32,000 bases of DNA. Origin: Candidatus Hadarchaeota archaeon (GTDB lineage: Archaea > Hadarchaeota > Hadarchaeia > Hadarchaeales > Hadarchaeaceae). Positions within the stretch are counted from its first letter, which is position 1, and every line of letters starts with the position of its first letter. The stretch spans positions 540,001 through 572,000 of the forward strand of contig CAZETV010000001.1 in NCBI GenBank assembly GCA_964514965.1. The letters run 5' to 3'. Below, in pieces: positions 7,380 to 16,274 of the stretch. A program made the position numbers and the translations under genes. The notes under the pieces are model-generated. The model saw only the letters and a program-made list of their open reading frames with translations, did no database searches and was not told the origin of the DNA.

Positions 7380-10300
7380 TCCTCCTCGACCCCCCTTAGC
7401 TTGCGTGAGAGTTCTTCTAGGACCCCCACATCCTCTTTGTTAACCTCGTAGAACTCTTCGATTGTCTCGTCTAACTTCTTTCTCAGTTGCGTCAGGAGTC
7501 GCTGATAGCGTGTTTTTGTCTGGGGCGTTTGGGCCTTCTCCCATTTCGCGGTCACATCTATGAGTTTGGTCGTGAGCGAGACGATTTTCTTGTAGAGTTC
7601 CGCTTCTCCTTTGTTGTTCTCGTCCGTCAGCTTGATGGGAAGGTCCTTAATGAACTGCTTACCGTGGGAGTAGTACCCTCCTCTGAACTTGCTCGACCGC
7701 TCCTCGACCATTGCCTCGAAGACAGGATGCGACAGGACTGCCTGCAGGTAGTGGATTGAGATTTCGCTATCATCCTTAGGTCTGAGAGCGTAGTATGGAC
7801 CGTTCCCCCCTCCGGTGAATAGGATGTTGTGATCGTCGTGAACATATCGTGGTTCGAGCGAGAGGATTGGCCAGATGAGCTTGTCTCGTCCGTCGAACTT
7901 GGTTAGGCTCTGGGATCGGCCGAATCTGTACCAGGTTTCTGGGGTGCCCCCCTGGATGCTTCTGTCCTCAATTAGTTCGTCTCGGTAATCCTGTAGGTAT
8001 TTCCAACACTCTGGGAAGTTCTCCTGCATTTCTCTGGGCGTGTAAACTATTGCGCGCCCGCTCTTTACCTTATAAGGGAAAATAATGTACGTGTTGGCCT
8101 TTGGCGTTCCAAAGCACTCTAATGGGGCATCCAAGAGCGAAGGCCTCACAATTGCTTTTTCGACCTTCCTTGGGGTGCCGTCCTTGTCCGTAAAGTGTAT
8201 GTAGTTATCGGTCTCCTTTTCCGGCCTAAATATGTAGATTTCGTCTGCGCTGGTCTGGACGCCTACGAAGATGTTCGCGACTGATTCCAACGTAGCCGGG
8301 TTCTCCTGATTCAGGCGCCCGAAGAGTTCCTTCACACTTGGCGGGAGGAACACCCATGGTTCCTCGGATATGTCATCAGCATTGTACTCTTCTGTTACCC
8401 CTCGTCGTTCGTATTTCCACGCAGATAGGTCCGGGACATGCTCAACGACGAACCGTTCTGCGGGTGCATTGCCCAAGATGAGGATGCACGTGTAGGTTGT
8501 ACTGCGCGGATGGAAGACTTGCTGGACTCCGAAGTCGACGAAGCACCGAAGGTTCTTACCTTCGGAGATTAGCTTGCGGAGAGCTTTTCCAGACTTAATC
8601 TTGGTAAACTTGTGAGGCACGATGTATCCGAGGACGCCGTCTTCGGTCAGCAAGGAAACCGCGCGTTCGATGAAGAGAGCATATTTGTCGAAGTTGTCGC
8701 TCTTGGATGTCTCATAAGGGCACTTTCCACTCTGGTAGAAAGATACCTCCTCGGGGGTGTATTTGACCATATTCTGGATGCGGATGTAGGGGGGGTTGCC
8801 AACAATGATGTCGAAGCCGCCTTCCTTAAAGATTTCAGGGAAAGCATCCCTCCAGTCTAATGGGTTGATACTCCTCAGGAGGTTCTCATCATCTAGACCA
8901 TCGGGATTGAATTTAAGATAAGACGAGGTGTCCACCAAGCTGTTGCCACACTGAATGTTGTCGCTCAGGTTGGGGAGGGCTTTTACCCTATGGCGTTCGA
9001 GATGATCCTTGATTGTTGCGGCAGTCTCATTTTCTAACGTTTTCAGTAGCAGACTGAATCGGGTTACCTCGGCGGCTTGTATGTCGATGTCTACGCCGAA
9101 GATATTGTTCAACAGTATCCGTTGCTTTTCTCGTAGCGTGAGGTACCACTGGTCTTGCGGTCCCCTGTATAGTTTGTCCTTGTGCTTCTCGGAACCATCT
9201 TTGAGATACCACTCACGATGGTAGTTGAGGAGATGTTCGTACGCAGCAAGCAAGAATGTCCCAGAGCCGCAGGCGATGTCTGCTACATGTAGCGACGACA
9301 AGTGGTCAGGTGTCTTCCCGTCGCAAGCCGAAGCAACTGTCTGATCAGTAATGTAGTCAACGATGAATGATGGGGTTGGGATAACGCCGGACTCGACCGC
9401 CTCTGGCTTATCCTCAATCTCGACCTTTCTTCCCTCACCGAGTCGTACCTCTTTGCCGAGAAACAGCTCGTAGATTTCACCTAAGACTGTTGCGTCCATG
9501 ACCGAGAAAGCGTACGGGCTTTCGGGGTAGTAGAGCTCCTGAAAGATCTGGATCAGGTTGTCGCTACCCACCTCGACATCGAGGGAGAGTTGGTCCTCAA
9601 CGAAGTCGAAAAGGCCTGAGTTGTATCGTTTGTCGGTTTTGAGAAAGAGCTCCTTGAGTTCGTCATATGACTCAACCTTCTGGAGTCTCTTGTACTTCTC
9701 GAGTTCTCGATCCTCACATATCCTCAAAAAGACGATTCGGTTTATGAGCCTCTGTACGAGAAAGTTGAGCGTATCCTGCGCCAGCGAGGGGTTGCGCGTT
9801 GCTAAATCCTTAGCGAGTGCTTCTCGCCAGCCCTCTATCTGTCGGAGGAAGTAGTCGTCGAACGGTTGGGTTCCCTCGATCTCCCTCTCAACATCGAATA
9901 CCTTGTCAAACCGGCCGCTATAGACAGATTCCCTTGACAACTGTTCATAAATCTCGTCGAACTTCTGGACGTATTCGTTGTAGCTATAAATCTTGAGACG
10001 AGCTACACGGACATCGTCCTCTGGTTTTGGAAGGAAGCGACAATCGTAGATGACGAGGTGCTCGAAGTTGGTCAATACGGATACAGGAAGGCGAGCCGTC
10101 CATCCATATCTCCGAAGCTGGAAAGCAGGCTGCTTATTCCTCTCGATGTGAACCGAGGGTTTTTTTGCCTCGACGAAGAGCTTCCGCTTTCCAGCGACTC
10201 TCAGACCGTAGTCGGGCTCTTTGGGTAGCTGACCGCTCTCTTCCTCGGCCTCCACCGATGTCCCGTGAATAACTTCCCTCAGGTGGAGTGGAGCACCCTT

Positions 10301-10474
10301 CTTGTTTTCCACGTCCCAGCCTAGGAGCCTGAGCAAAGGGTCGATGAACTCCTGCCTTGTCTGGATTTCTTTGTAAGCCGCGTCAGAGCGAACATACTGG
10401 TTGCGATTCCGTTCGTACTTCTCCACTAGCTCACGGAGTTCGGCCATCATAGCTTCTCGAACTACGTCTGCCAC
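7376..10474 (-). CDS. Type IIG-like restriction endonuclease-methyltransferase fusion (Eco57I-like)
   Basis: 1032 aa; N-term nuclease core EPDYGLRVAGKRKLFVEAKKP, SAM motif VADIACGSGTFLLAAYEHLL, catalytic FDIIVGNPPYIRIQN, C-terminal TRD-like region. Confidence 0.88.
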   Translation of the reverse strand: MADVVREAMMAELRELVEKYERNRNQYVRSDAAYKEIQTRQEFIDPLLRLLGWDVENKKGAPLHLREVIHGTSVEAEEESGQLPKEPDYGLRVAGKRKLFVEAKKPSVHIERNKQPAFQLRRYGWTARLPVSVLTNFEHLVIYDCRFLPKPEDDVRVARLKIYSYNEYVQKFDEIYEQLSRESVYSGRFDKVFDVEREIEGTQPFDDYFLRQIEGWREALAKDLATRNPSLAQDTLNFLVQRLINRIVFLRICEDRELEKYKRLQKVESYDELKELFLKTDKRYNSGLFDFVEDQLSLDVEVGSDNLIQIFQELYYPESPYAFSVMDATVLGEIYELFLGKEVRLGEGRKVEIEDKPEAVESGVIPTPSFIVDYITDQTVASACDGKTPDHLSSLHVADIACGSGTFLLAAYEHLLNYHREWYLKDGSEKHKDKLYRGPQDQWYLTLREKQRILLNNIFGVDIDIQAAEVTRFSLLLKTLENETAATIKDHLERHRVKALPNLSDNIQCGNSLVDTSSYLKFNPDGLDDENLLRSINPLDWRDAFPEIFKEGGFDIIVGNPPYIRIQNMVKYTPEEVSFYQSGKCPYETSKSDNFDKYALFIERAVSLLTEDGVLGYIVPHKFTKIKSGKALRKLISEGKNLRCFVDFGVQQVFHPRSTTYTCILILGNAPAERFVVEHVPDLSAWKYERRGVTEEYNADDISEEPWVFLPPSVKELFGRLNQENPATLESVANIFVGVQTSADEIYIFRPEKETDNYIHFTDKDGTPRKVEKAIVRPSLLDAPLECFGTPKANTYIIFPYKVKSGRAIVYTPREMQENFPECWKYLQDYRDELIEDRSIQGGTPETWYRFGRSQSLTKFDGRDKLIWPILSLEPRYVHDDHNILFTGGGNGPYYALRPKDDSEISIHYLQAVLSHPVFEAMVEERSSKFRGGYYSHGKQFIKDLPIKLTDENNKGEAELYKKIVSLTTKLIDVTAKWEKAQTPQTKTRYQRLLTQLRKKLDETIEEFYEVNKEDVGVLEELSRKLRGVEEE

Positions 10475-10490
10475 TCAGTACCACCTTGGG

Positions 10491-10709
10491 TCAGGCTTTT
10501 CCCTCCTCTTTCCAGAATAAATAGATTCTACCACTGGTTTTATGGGCGACATCCTTCCTTTCAATTGCGAGGCGCAACAGCACCCGCTGCGCTGTCTTAT
10601 AAGAAATCTTCAATTTTTTGGATACTTCACTAGGCGTGACTGGTTCTCGTGAAAGTAATCGGTAAATCTTTTGCTCCCATTCGTGCCCCATCGGTCCAGC
10701 TCCACTCAA
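10491..10709 (-). CDS. Small winged helix-turn-helix protein
   Basis: 72 aa; IYRLLSREPVTPSEVSKKLKISYKTAQRVLLRLAIERKDVAHKTSGRIYLFWK is a clear wHTH pattern. Located 16 nt upstream of the RM gene on the same strand. Confidence 0.7.
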   Translation of the reverse strand: MSGAGPMGHEWEQKIYRLLSREPVTPSEVSKKLKISYKTAQRVLLRLAIERKDVAHKTSGRIYLFWKEEGKA

Positions 10710-10811
10710 TTGTCCAATTAATTTTACGTGGTTTCGTCTTTTAAATAGATTTGCCAGAGAGGTGACCGAAAGTAATATTTAACCCCCGCCCGCATCGCCC
10801 CACTTTAATAA

Positions 10812-11681
10812 CTACTTCTTCTGCTTGAATTCGCCCCTAACGAAAAGATAAGAAACAACAAAGCCGAAAGCAAATCCAATAAGGTGAGCATTTATGTCAA
10901 TTATCCCTTTACCAATTCTTAAACTCTCAGGAAAAATGAAGGCTAGGCCAAAAATGTAGATAAAAAGTATTGGGCGAAAAAACCTATTTTCTGCATAGTG
11001 TATCTGAGCTGATTTAAAACAGGCTTTCGTTGTTGGATTTCTCAAAATTTTGATTAAAAGGCCAGAAAATGCCACGATCAAAACTAACAAGATTACGATT
11101 TTGTGGGGAGCAGGGTCGAAGTATGTGGGGAGGACTAGGATAAAACTTAACAGCAAAACAAGGTTCATAAAACCCGAAATTCCAGTTTTCCAATTACACG
11201 ATTTCTTAAGGTAATTCAAAGTAAAATAAGGGAGAATTCCAAAAAGTGCCGAAACAATCCCTGAAAATCCCATAGATTTACTGGCAGGTAATGACAGAAA
11301 AGTCTCGCTAGCAGGGATAAAATAAGAAGTGGCAGCAACCAACCACGGCAATAGACCAAAAATTATTCCCATCATCAACCAGAATTTTTTCCTTTGCCCT
11401 ATTTGTTGGCTCAACAAGTAAACAGGGATTACAAACATAAAATACCAAAAATAATTCCCTACCAGATGCCCAGACTCTTCGTGGATAAAATTAGTGGTAT
11501 AAAAAGAAACGAGACTTGGAGTATCGTGATGCAATATCAATTTGTCTTTTATTGAGGGCGGAAACAAAAATAGCGCCAAAAGCACAGCGGGAATTACCAC
11601 GACTAACAGAAACAAATCTTTCTTGAAGTGAGGTTTCTTAAATGCCCCCAACGCTTTTTTTAACTTGCCCACCGACATCAA
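10812..11681 (-). CDS. Rhomboid-like intramembrane serine protease
   Basis: 289 aa, multi-TM; NFIHEESGHLVGN, catalytic GFSG in SMGFSGIVSALFG (11259-11270), catalytic His in NAHLIGFAFG (10884-10886). Confidence 0.75.
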   Translation of the reverse strand: MMSVGKLKKALGAFKKPHFKKDLFLLVVVIPAVLLALFLFPPSIKDKLILHHDTPSLVSFYTTNFIHEESGHLVGNYFWYFMFVIPVYLLSQQIGQRKKFWLMMGIIFGLLPWLVAATSYFIPASETFLSLPASKSMGFSGIVSALFGILPYFTLNYLKKSCNWKTGISGFMNLVLLLSFILVLPTYFDPAPHKIVILLVLIVAFSGLLIKILRNPTTKACFKSAQIHYAENRFFRPILFIYIFGLAFIFPESLRIGKGIIDINAHLIGFAFGFVVSYLFVRGEFKQKK

Positions 11682-12262
11682 TGAACTTCCATCTTTTTGG
11701 TTGGTTTAGGCAGTAGTTTCAATTTTATAAGAATTTTTTCTATTTTTTCATGAATAGCTTGAAGTTTTTTGTTCAAATCGTTAAAATATTTGTCAGTTAA
11801 TTTTTGTTCACTTAGTTTTCCCCTTCCGTCAATGTATTGTAAGCAAGCTTGGAATTTTAGGTTAGGCTCTTGTTGGTAAAAAATTGGCCCGTGCGCCCAT
11901 TTGTTTCTCTCGGTTATCAATGCCCCTAAAGATTTGAAAAGCTCTTTTTGTTCGTCTTGTTTTAGGTATTTACCCACCTTCACAATCTCCTTAAAAATAT
12001 CGATTTTCACTGTTAAGGGGATAGAACGAGAATTCAATATTTTTTCTGACAACACGGTTTTGAATTTCGATTTTTTAGAAATCATGCTTTTTTCAATAAT
12101 CTTGTTGATGTCTTCCTCTATGCCGATAATCAACTCAATAAAATGCCCCCTGATATACTTCAAGTGGCGCATTTGTTCATTGTAATCCTTGAATTGTTCA
12201 GGCCCCATTTCCACCTTGGATTTTGGGGGAATTCGTATCCAGTGCATATGTGCTCTGGGCAT
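11678..12262 (-). CDS. Uncharacterised alpha-helical protein with HEPN-type R-x4-H motif
   Basis: 194 aa; LITERNKWAHGPI contains RNKWAH (codons at 11891-11908). Stop overlaps the rhomboid start by 4 nt (11678-11681). Confidence 0.5.
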   Translation of the reverse strand: MPRAHMHWIRIPPKSKVEMGPEQFKDYNEQMRHLKYIRGHFIELIIGIEEDINKIIEKSMISKKSKFKTVLSEKILNSRSIPLTVKIDIFKEIVKVGKYLKQDEQKELFKSLGALITERNKWAHGPIFYQQEPNLKFQACLQYIDGRGKLSEQKLTDKYFNDLNKKLQAIHEKIEKILIKLKLLPKPTKKMEVH

Positions 12263-12350
12263 ATCTCACCCCTCCCAATTTGTCTCGTTGAACTTTATAT
12301 CCTCAAAGACCGCTAGGAGCCGAGACTCAACGGACTGGTTCTCCCACTCC

Positions 12351-12545
12351 TTACGAAAACTCATCAAAATCAACCCACCTCACCCGCGCCACCAGTTTCA
12401 CAAGCCACACCGTGAACTCATCCATACCTTCAAACGGGTCAAGTTTGGGAAGTTCTTGAATTAGCTTCTCCACTAACCGTTTTCTTTCCTCACCTCTGGC
12501 ACGGTCGGCGCGGCGGGCGAGGCCCTTGAGTTGGCGGTAGTTCAT
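12351..12545 (-). CDS. Small charged hypothetical protein
   Basis: 64 aa ORF 14 nt downstream of the Rad50-like stop on the same strand; composition plausible for a real small protein. Confidence 0.5.
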   Translation of the reverse strand: MNYRQLKGLARRADRARGEERKRLVEKLIQELPKLDPFEGMDEFTVWLVKLVARVRWVDFDEFS

Positions 12546-12559
12546 AAGGTTCGCTCCAA

Positions 12560-14962
12560 TCAGCTCTCGGCCGTTCTAACCTCGCAGAAACCTGCCTCGT
12601 TTTTGAGGCAGGTGCGCTTGACTCCCTCTGGGTCTATCGCGTTCAGGAAAGCGGGATCGTGCGACACTACGATTACCTGTTCCAGCTTGAGGGCGCCTCC
12701 CTTCATCTCCTTGACGAGGTTGGCGAGGAGCTGCCCGAGCCGCTCTCTGTTTCTATTGTCGACCCATATGGTTGGCTCGTCAAGCACCAAAATTCGCGGA
12801 ACCGATGTCTTCCAGAGGAGGTTGAGGAAGGCTACGCGGAATGCTATTGATGCCAAGACCCTCTGCCCGTGGCTTGAAATCGTATTGAAGGGTATTTTCT
12901 CACCAGTTGCGCTTAACCGGACGAGCAGAGTTTCCGTGACAAGAGTTTTTTCGCCATCTTCTTCCACCTCTTCAACCATGACCTCCAACTCAACCATTGG
13001 CAGGTCTGACCGTGGGTAGAGCAATGGCCAAATCCACCGTAGGTTGTGATTGATCATGTCCCTGTATTCCACCAGAAGTTCGTGGAGGGATACCTTAGCT
13101 GCTTCGCATGCCAGTTTGACTTCATCGGCAAAAGCGCACGTTACTTCATGCCTCTTTTCGGCTTCAGCGAGTCTACCGTAGTAAACTCTTGCATTCTCCT
13201 CGTTTTGTTTTACGAGTTTGATCTGGGGTCCGAATCCCCCTATCTTCGTCACTATTTTCCGCAACTTTTCCTGAAGTCTTTCGTTCCGAATCCTCAACCT
13301 TATTGACCGTTCTTTTAACTTGGGCAAAAGCTTGGTTTCTCTTTTTAAAATCCTGACCTCTTGGTTTAACCTGTCGATATCTTCAAAGGTTTCCGCCAGC
13401 TGTATTTTTTCCCTAATCTCGTCTATTAACTGCTCCAACTTCTTTTCTTTTTTCTTAATTGCTTCTTCTTTTTTAAGGAGCGATGGTAGCTTCTTTCCTG
13501 CGGACTTCAAATTCCTTTCCGCCTCGGATAGCCTACTAGTAAAATCACCCAATTTTCGAAGATTGTCTGTCACTTTCTCTATTAGAGTAATAATCTCTCC
13601 AGCGTTCTTGGACTCCGCGGTTTTTTTCTTTACCTCGGCCTTGAGTTTTTTTAGGAGTTCCAGTTTTTTCCTCAAGATTCTCTCCCGCTTTTCCGAGGTG
13701 AGGCTTGTATCGCAAACGGGGCAGTTGGCTTTCGCTTTTTTAAGCATGCTCACATAGCCGCCTTGGTCCCTCGATTGGGCCTCTAATCCGCCAATCCCTT
13801 TTGCGAGTTTCTGAAGCGCCTTTTGCTGAGATTTTTTGAAGCGATCAACGTCTTTGGCGTTCTTGAATTCAACTTTAATCCCTTTTTCTTCTAAAGACCG
13901 GATAAGAGCACGATACTCTTCAGAGCACTTTTCAATTTTTGACACGAGTTCGTCCTTTTTCCTCGTTGCGTTCTCCACCGCCCTCTTTTGCTCTATGGCG
14001 TCCGCACCAACGCTTGTCAGCCTCGTTCTCAAGCTTCTGAGCTGACCATCAATGCTTTTTTCCCTTGCTTTAAACCAGTTGGATGTTTTCTTGGGCTTGG
14101 CCTTTCCATCAACCTCTCGTCTTTTTCCGTCGATTTGCTCGTCCAATTTATTCAGGCCACCAACTTTTTGTTCTAAACCTGTGATCCTGCTTTCAAGTTT
14201 GTCATGGTTTTCTCTCAAAGTCGTGGCCACGGATTCGAGTTCAGCTTTTTTCCTTTCTTCCGCGTTTCGCTTTCGTTCTAACAGTTTTCGTTGCTTTTCA
14301 TATTCTTCAGGCGGCGCCAATTTCAGGTTCTCTATATCCCGCTTAATGCGTTTGACTTCTTCCTTACATCTCTCGGACTCATCATCGAGCATCGAGAACG
14401 AACTTTTGGCGTTCGTGTAGATGCGCTGAAGGGCCTCGAATCTAAAAAGCTTGGAAAGCTTTGCCCCCACGTCTTTAGGCGCCCTTACGGGCCAGAGGAG
14501 TTTCACGGGATCCTGTGTTTGAATCAGTATGTCTTCGAGTATCTCTTCAGTGGTTCCCAGCCGATCCATAACAAGTCGTTGCATATCGGTCTGACGACGT
14601 GCGACCTCCAGTTCGCCAACTTTTTTCAGCTCTGTTCCATCGCACATTATTGACCATTTGACCTTTTCCCCCACCAGATATTTTCTTATTGAATATTCTT
14701 TTCCGTCTCTATCTGTTATGGTGAGGGTCGCCTCGAAGGGACCCATATCCCTCGGCTCCAAGGTGCGGTACTCATCGAATCGGCTAACATCGATTTTCTT
14801 GTGCAGGAGATTGAAGAGGGTCAGCGTAACTATGGAGGACTTGCCGGTCGCGTTGTCGCCGAGAACTAAGTTTATCCCAGGCGAAAATTTGACGACATTG
14901 TTCTTGTCTCCGTATCCTCTGAAATTCTTCATCTCAGCCGCGTTAATCAGACCCAACTCCAA
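12560..14962 (-). CDS. rad50: Rad50/SbcC-like coiled-coil ATPase
   Basis: 800 aa; Walker A GDNATGKSS, long coiled coils, zinc hook CPVC (13712-13723), Walker B ILVLDEPTIWVD. Confidence 0.88.
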   Translation of the reverse strand: MELGLINAAEMKNFRGYGDKNNVVKFSPGINLVLGDNATGKSSIVTLTLFNLLHKKIDVSRFDEYRTLEPRDMGPFEATLTITDRDGKEYSIRKYLVGEKVKWSIMCDGTELKKVGELEVARRQTDMQRLVMDRLGTTEEILEDILIQTQDPVKLLWPVRAPKDVGAKLSKLFRFEALQRIYTNAKSSFSMLDDESERCKEEVKRIKRDIENLKLAPPEEYEKQRKLLERKRNAEERKKAELESVATTLRENHDKLESRITGLEQKVGGLNKLDEQIDGKRREVDGKAKPKKTSNWFKAREKSIDGQLRSLRTRLTSVGADAIEQKRAVENATRKKDELVSKIEKCSEEYRALIRSLEEKGIKVEFKNAKDVDRFKKSQQKALQKLAKGIGGLEAQSRDQGGYVSMLKKAKANCPVCDTSLTSEKRERILRKKLELLKKLKAEVKKKTAESKNAGEIITLIEKVTDNLRKLGDFTSRLSEAERNLKSAGKKLPSLLKKEEAIKKKEKKLEQLIDEIREKIQLAETFEDIDRLNQEVRILKRETKLLPKLKERSIRLRIRNERLQEKLRKIVTKIGGFGPQIKLVKQNEENARVYYGRLAEAEKRHEVTCAFADEVKLACEAAKVSLHELLVEYRDMINHNLRWIWPLLYPRSDLPMVELEVMVEEVEEDGEKTLVTETLLVRLSATGEKIPFNTISSHGQRVLASIAFRVAFLNLLWKTSVPRILVLDEPTIWVDNRNRERLGQLLANLVKEMKGGALKLEQVIVVSHDPAFLNAIDPEGVKRTCLKNEAGFCEVRTAES

Positions 14963-16274
14963 GCACCCCGTTCAGTTTTTCCGTGACCCTTTTCTTTGCA
15001 GCGGCGGATGTTTTTACCTCAGAAAAAATTTGGTAGAGTTCCTCGGGTGAGAAATGCTCCCCCGAAAAGCCGAGCTGGCGAAGCTTTTGGCAGAACCGCT
15101 CGAGAGGGGCGGAAAACATCGCACCGGCTTCCACGGCGCCACGCAGTTTTTCGAGACGTTCCAGTTCCTCTTCGGTGTATAGGTCGCTCGGGATCATCAT
15201 CTCTGACCAGTTGTGTACCTTGTCCCTGTATCCGCTGGCAATCCCCTCCAAATCTAGCTCCGCCCGCTTGGTCTTAGAGGCCAGTTTCCCCGTTAAGTAA
15301 ACCTTAACGCGTGGTTTTTTCTCCAACCCGTCGAGCGGGAGGTCGTTCAACACATCCAGAATTTTGTTTTTCGCCTGCCCCGCGGTTAAATTCTCGCACG
15401 TAATCCTTCGGTGGAACACCTGCCTCGCTTTCTTGAGTTCGAAAGATTTTAAGGCGATGCGATTTTCGGCCCCAATTTCAATAAGGTGCACGTATTTTCT
15501 GCCCTCTTCTTGCTGGGACACGCTGGTCGCGTTAGTGGCGCCAGGAACCAATATCTTGGTTTTAAGGTCTCCTCGTTTTTCAGCTTGGAGAGCCCCCCTG
15601 CCGTCCAAGCACGCTTTGTGGGCATGTCCCATCACCACATAATCGATATTCTGGAAGGGGCTCAAATCCACATACTCGGAAGCGGGCACGGTTCCCTCAA
15701 CCGCGTTATGGATGCACGAGATATTGACGCAACCCGTTTTGTGAGGGATGCCGCACTTTGATATCGATTCGTTGATGTAGCCCTCGGGCCTGTGGCCCGC
15801 GCCCGTTAGCAAAACTCTAGTCCCACCTTTTTTTATTACAATATGTTTCGACGCAAATTTGTTGTCGGGGTCCACATCGAGGTAGTTGACATACCCCGCC
15901 GATACGAGATGCTGAAAAGGCGGCGCAGGTGCTGGTCTTCCGATTGGGCGATCATGCGTGCCATGTATTAGAAAAACTGGTACAGCAATGCTCACGTCTT
16001 CGGCCTCAAAATTGACTTTCCCTTCCAAAACTTCTAGGTTCGGCTTTCGGCCAGTAATGATCGAACGGAGAATTGTCGTGGCTTTATCGTGAATCCACGG
16101 TTGGGGGTCGGTTCGGTCGTAGAAGTCCCCCGCGTGAAGTATCACATCAGCACCTGCGTTAACAAGGGTCTCTAGGCCCTCCTCAAAGGTCTCAAACGGA
16201 TCCATCCGCAACTCCGGGTCTATCGAAGATGCACCCAAGTGCGTATCGGAGAGGATGCCGATTTTCAAACTCAT
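14943..16274 (-). CDS. mre11: Mre11/SbcD-like metallophosphoesterase nuclease
   Basis: 443 aa; ILSDTHLG, LHAGDFYD, HGTHD, ISCIHN, VVMGHAHK. Overlaps the Rad50-like start by 20 nt. Confidence 0.88.
   Translation of the reverse strand: MSLKIGILSDTHLGASSIDPELRMDPFETFEEGLETLVNAGADVILHAGDFYDRTDPQPWIHDKATTILRSIITGRKPNLEVLEGKVNFEAEDVSIAVPVFLIHGTHDRPIGRPAPAPPFQHLVSAGYVNYLDVDPDNKFASKHIVIKKGGTRVLLTGAGHRPEGYINESISKCGIPHKTGCVNISCIHNAVEGTVPASEYVDLSPFQNIDYVVMGHAHKACLDGRGALQAEKRGDLKTKILVPGATNATSVSQQEEGRKYVHLIEIGAENRIALKSFELKKARQVFHRRITCENLTAGQAKNKILDVLNDLPLDGLEKKPRVKVYLTGKLASKTKRAELDLEGIASGYRDKVHNWSEMMIPSDLYTEEELERLEKLRGAVEAGAMFSAPLERFCQKLRQLGFSGEHFSPEELYQIFSEVKTSAAAKKRVTEKLNGVLGVGSD

Noticed and set aside
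7376-10474. BREX PglX or Type I HsdM interpretation
   Set aside because: The protein has its own N-terminal EAK nuclease core and the locus has no BrxC/PglZ or HsdS/HsdR partner, so a Type IIG Eco57I-like assignment fits better.
12560-16274. Lamassu, Wadjet or Gabija defence system
   Set aside because: The genes are recognisable Mre11 phosphoesterase plus zinc-hook Rad50. No LmuA/B, JetABCD or UvrD-like partner is visible.
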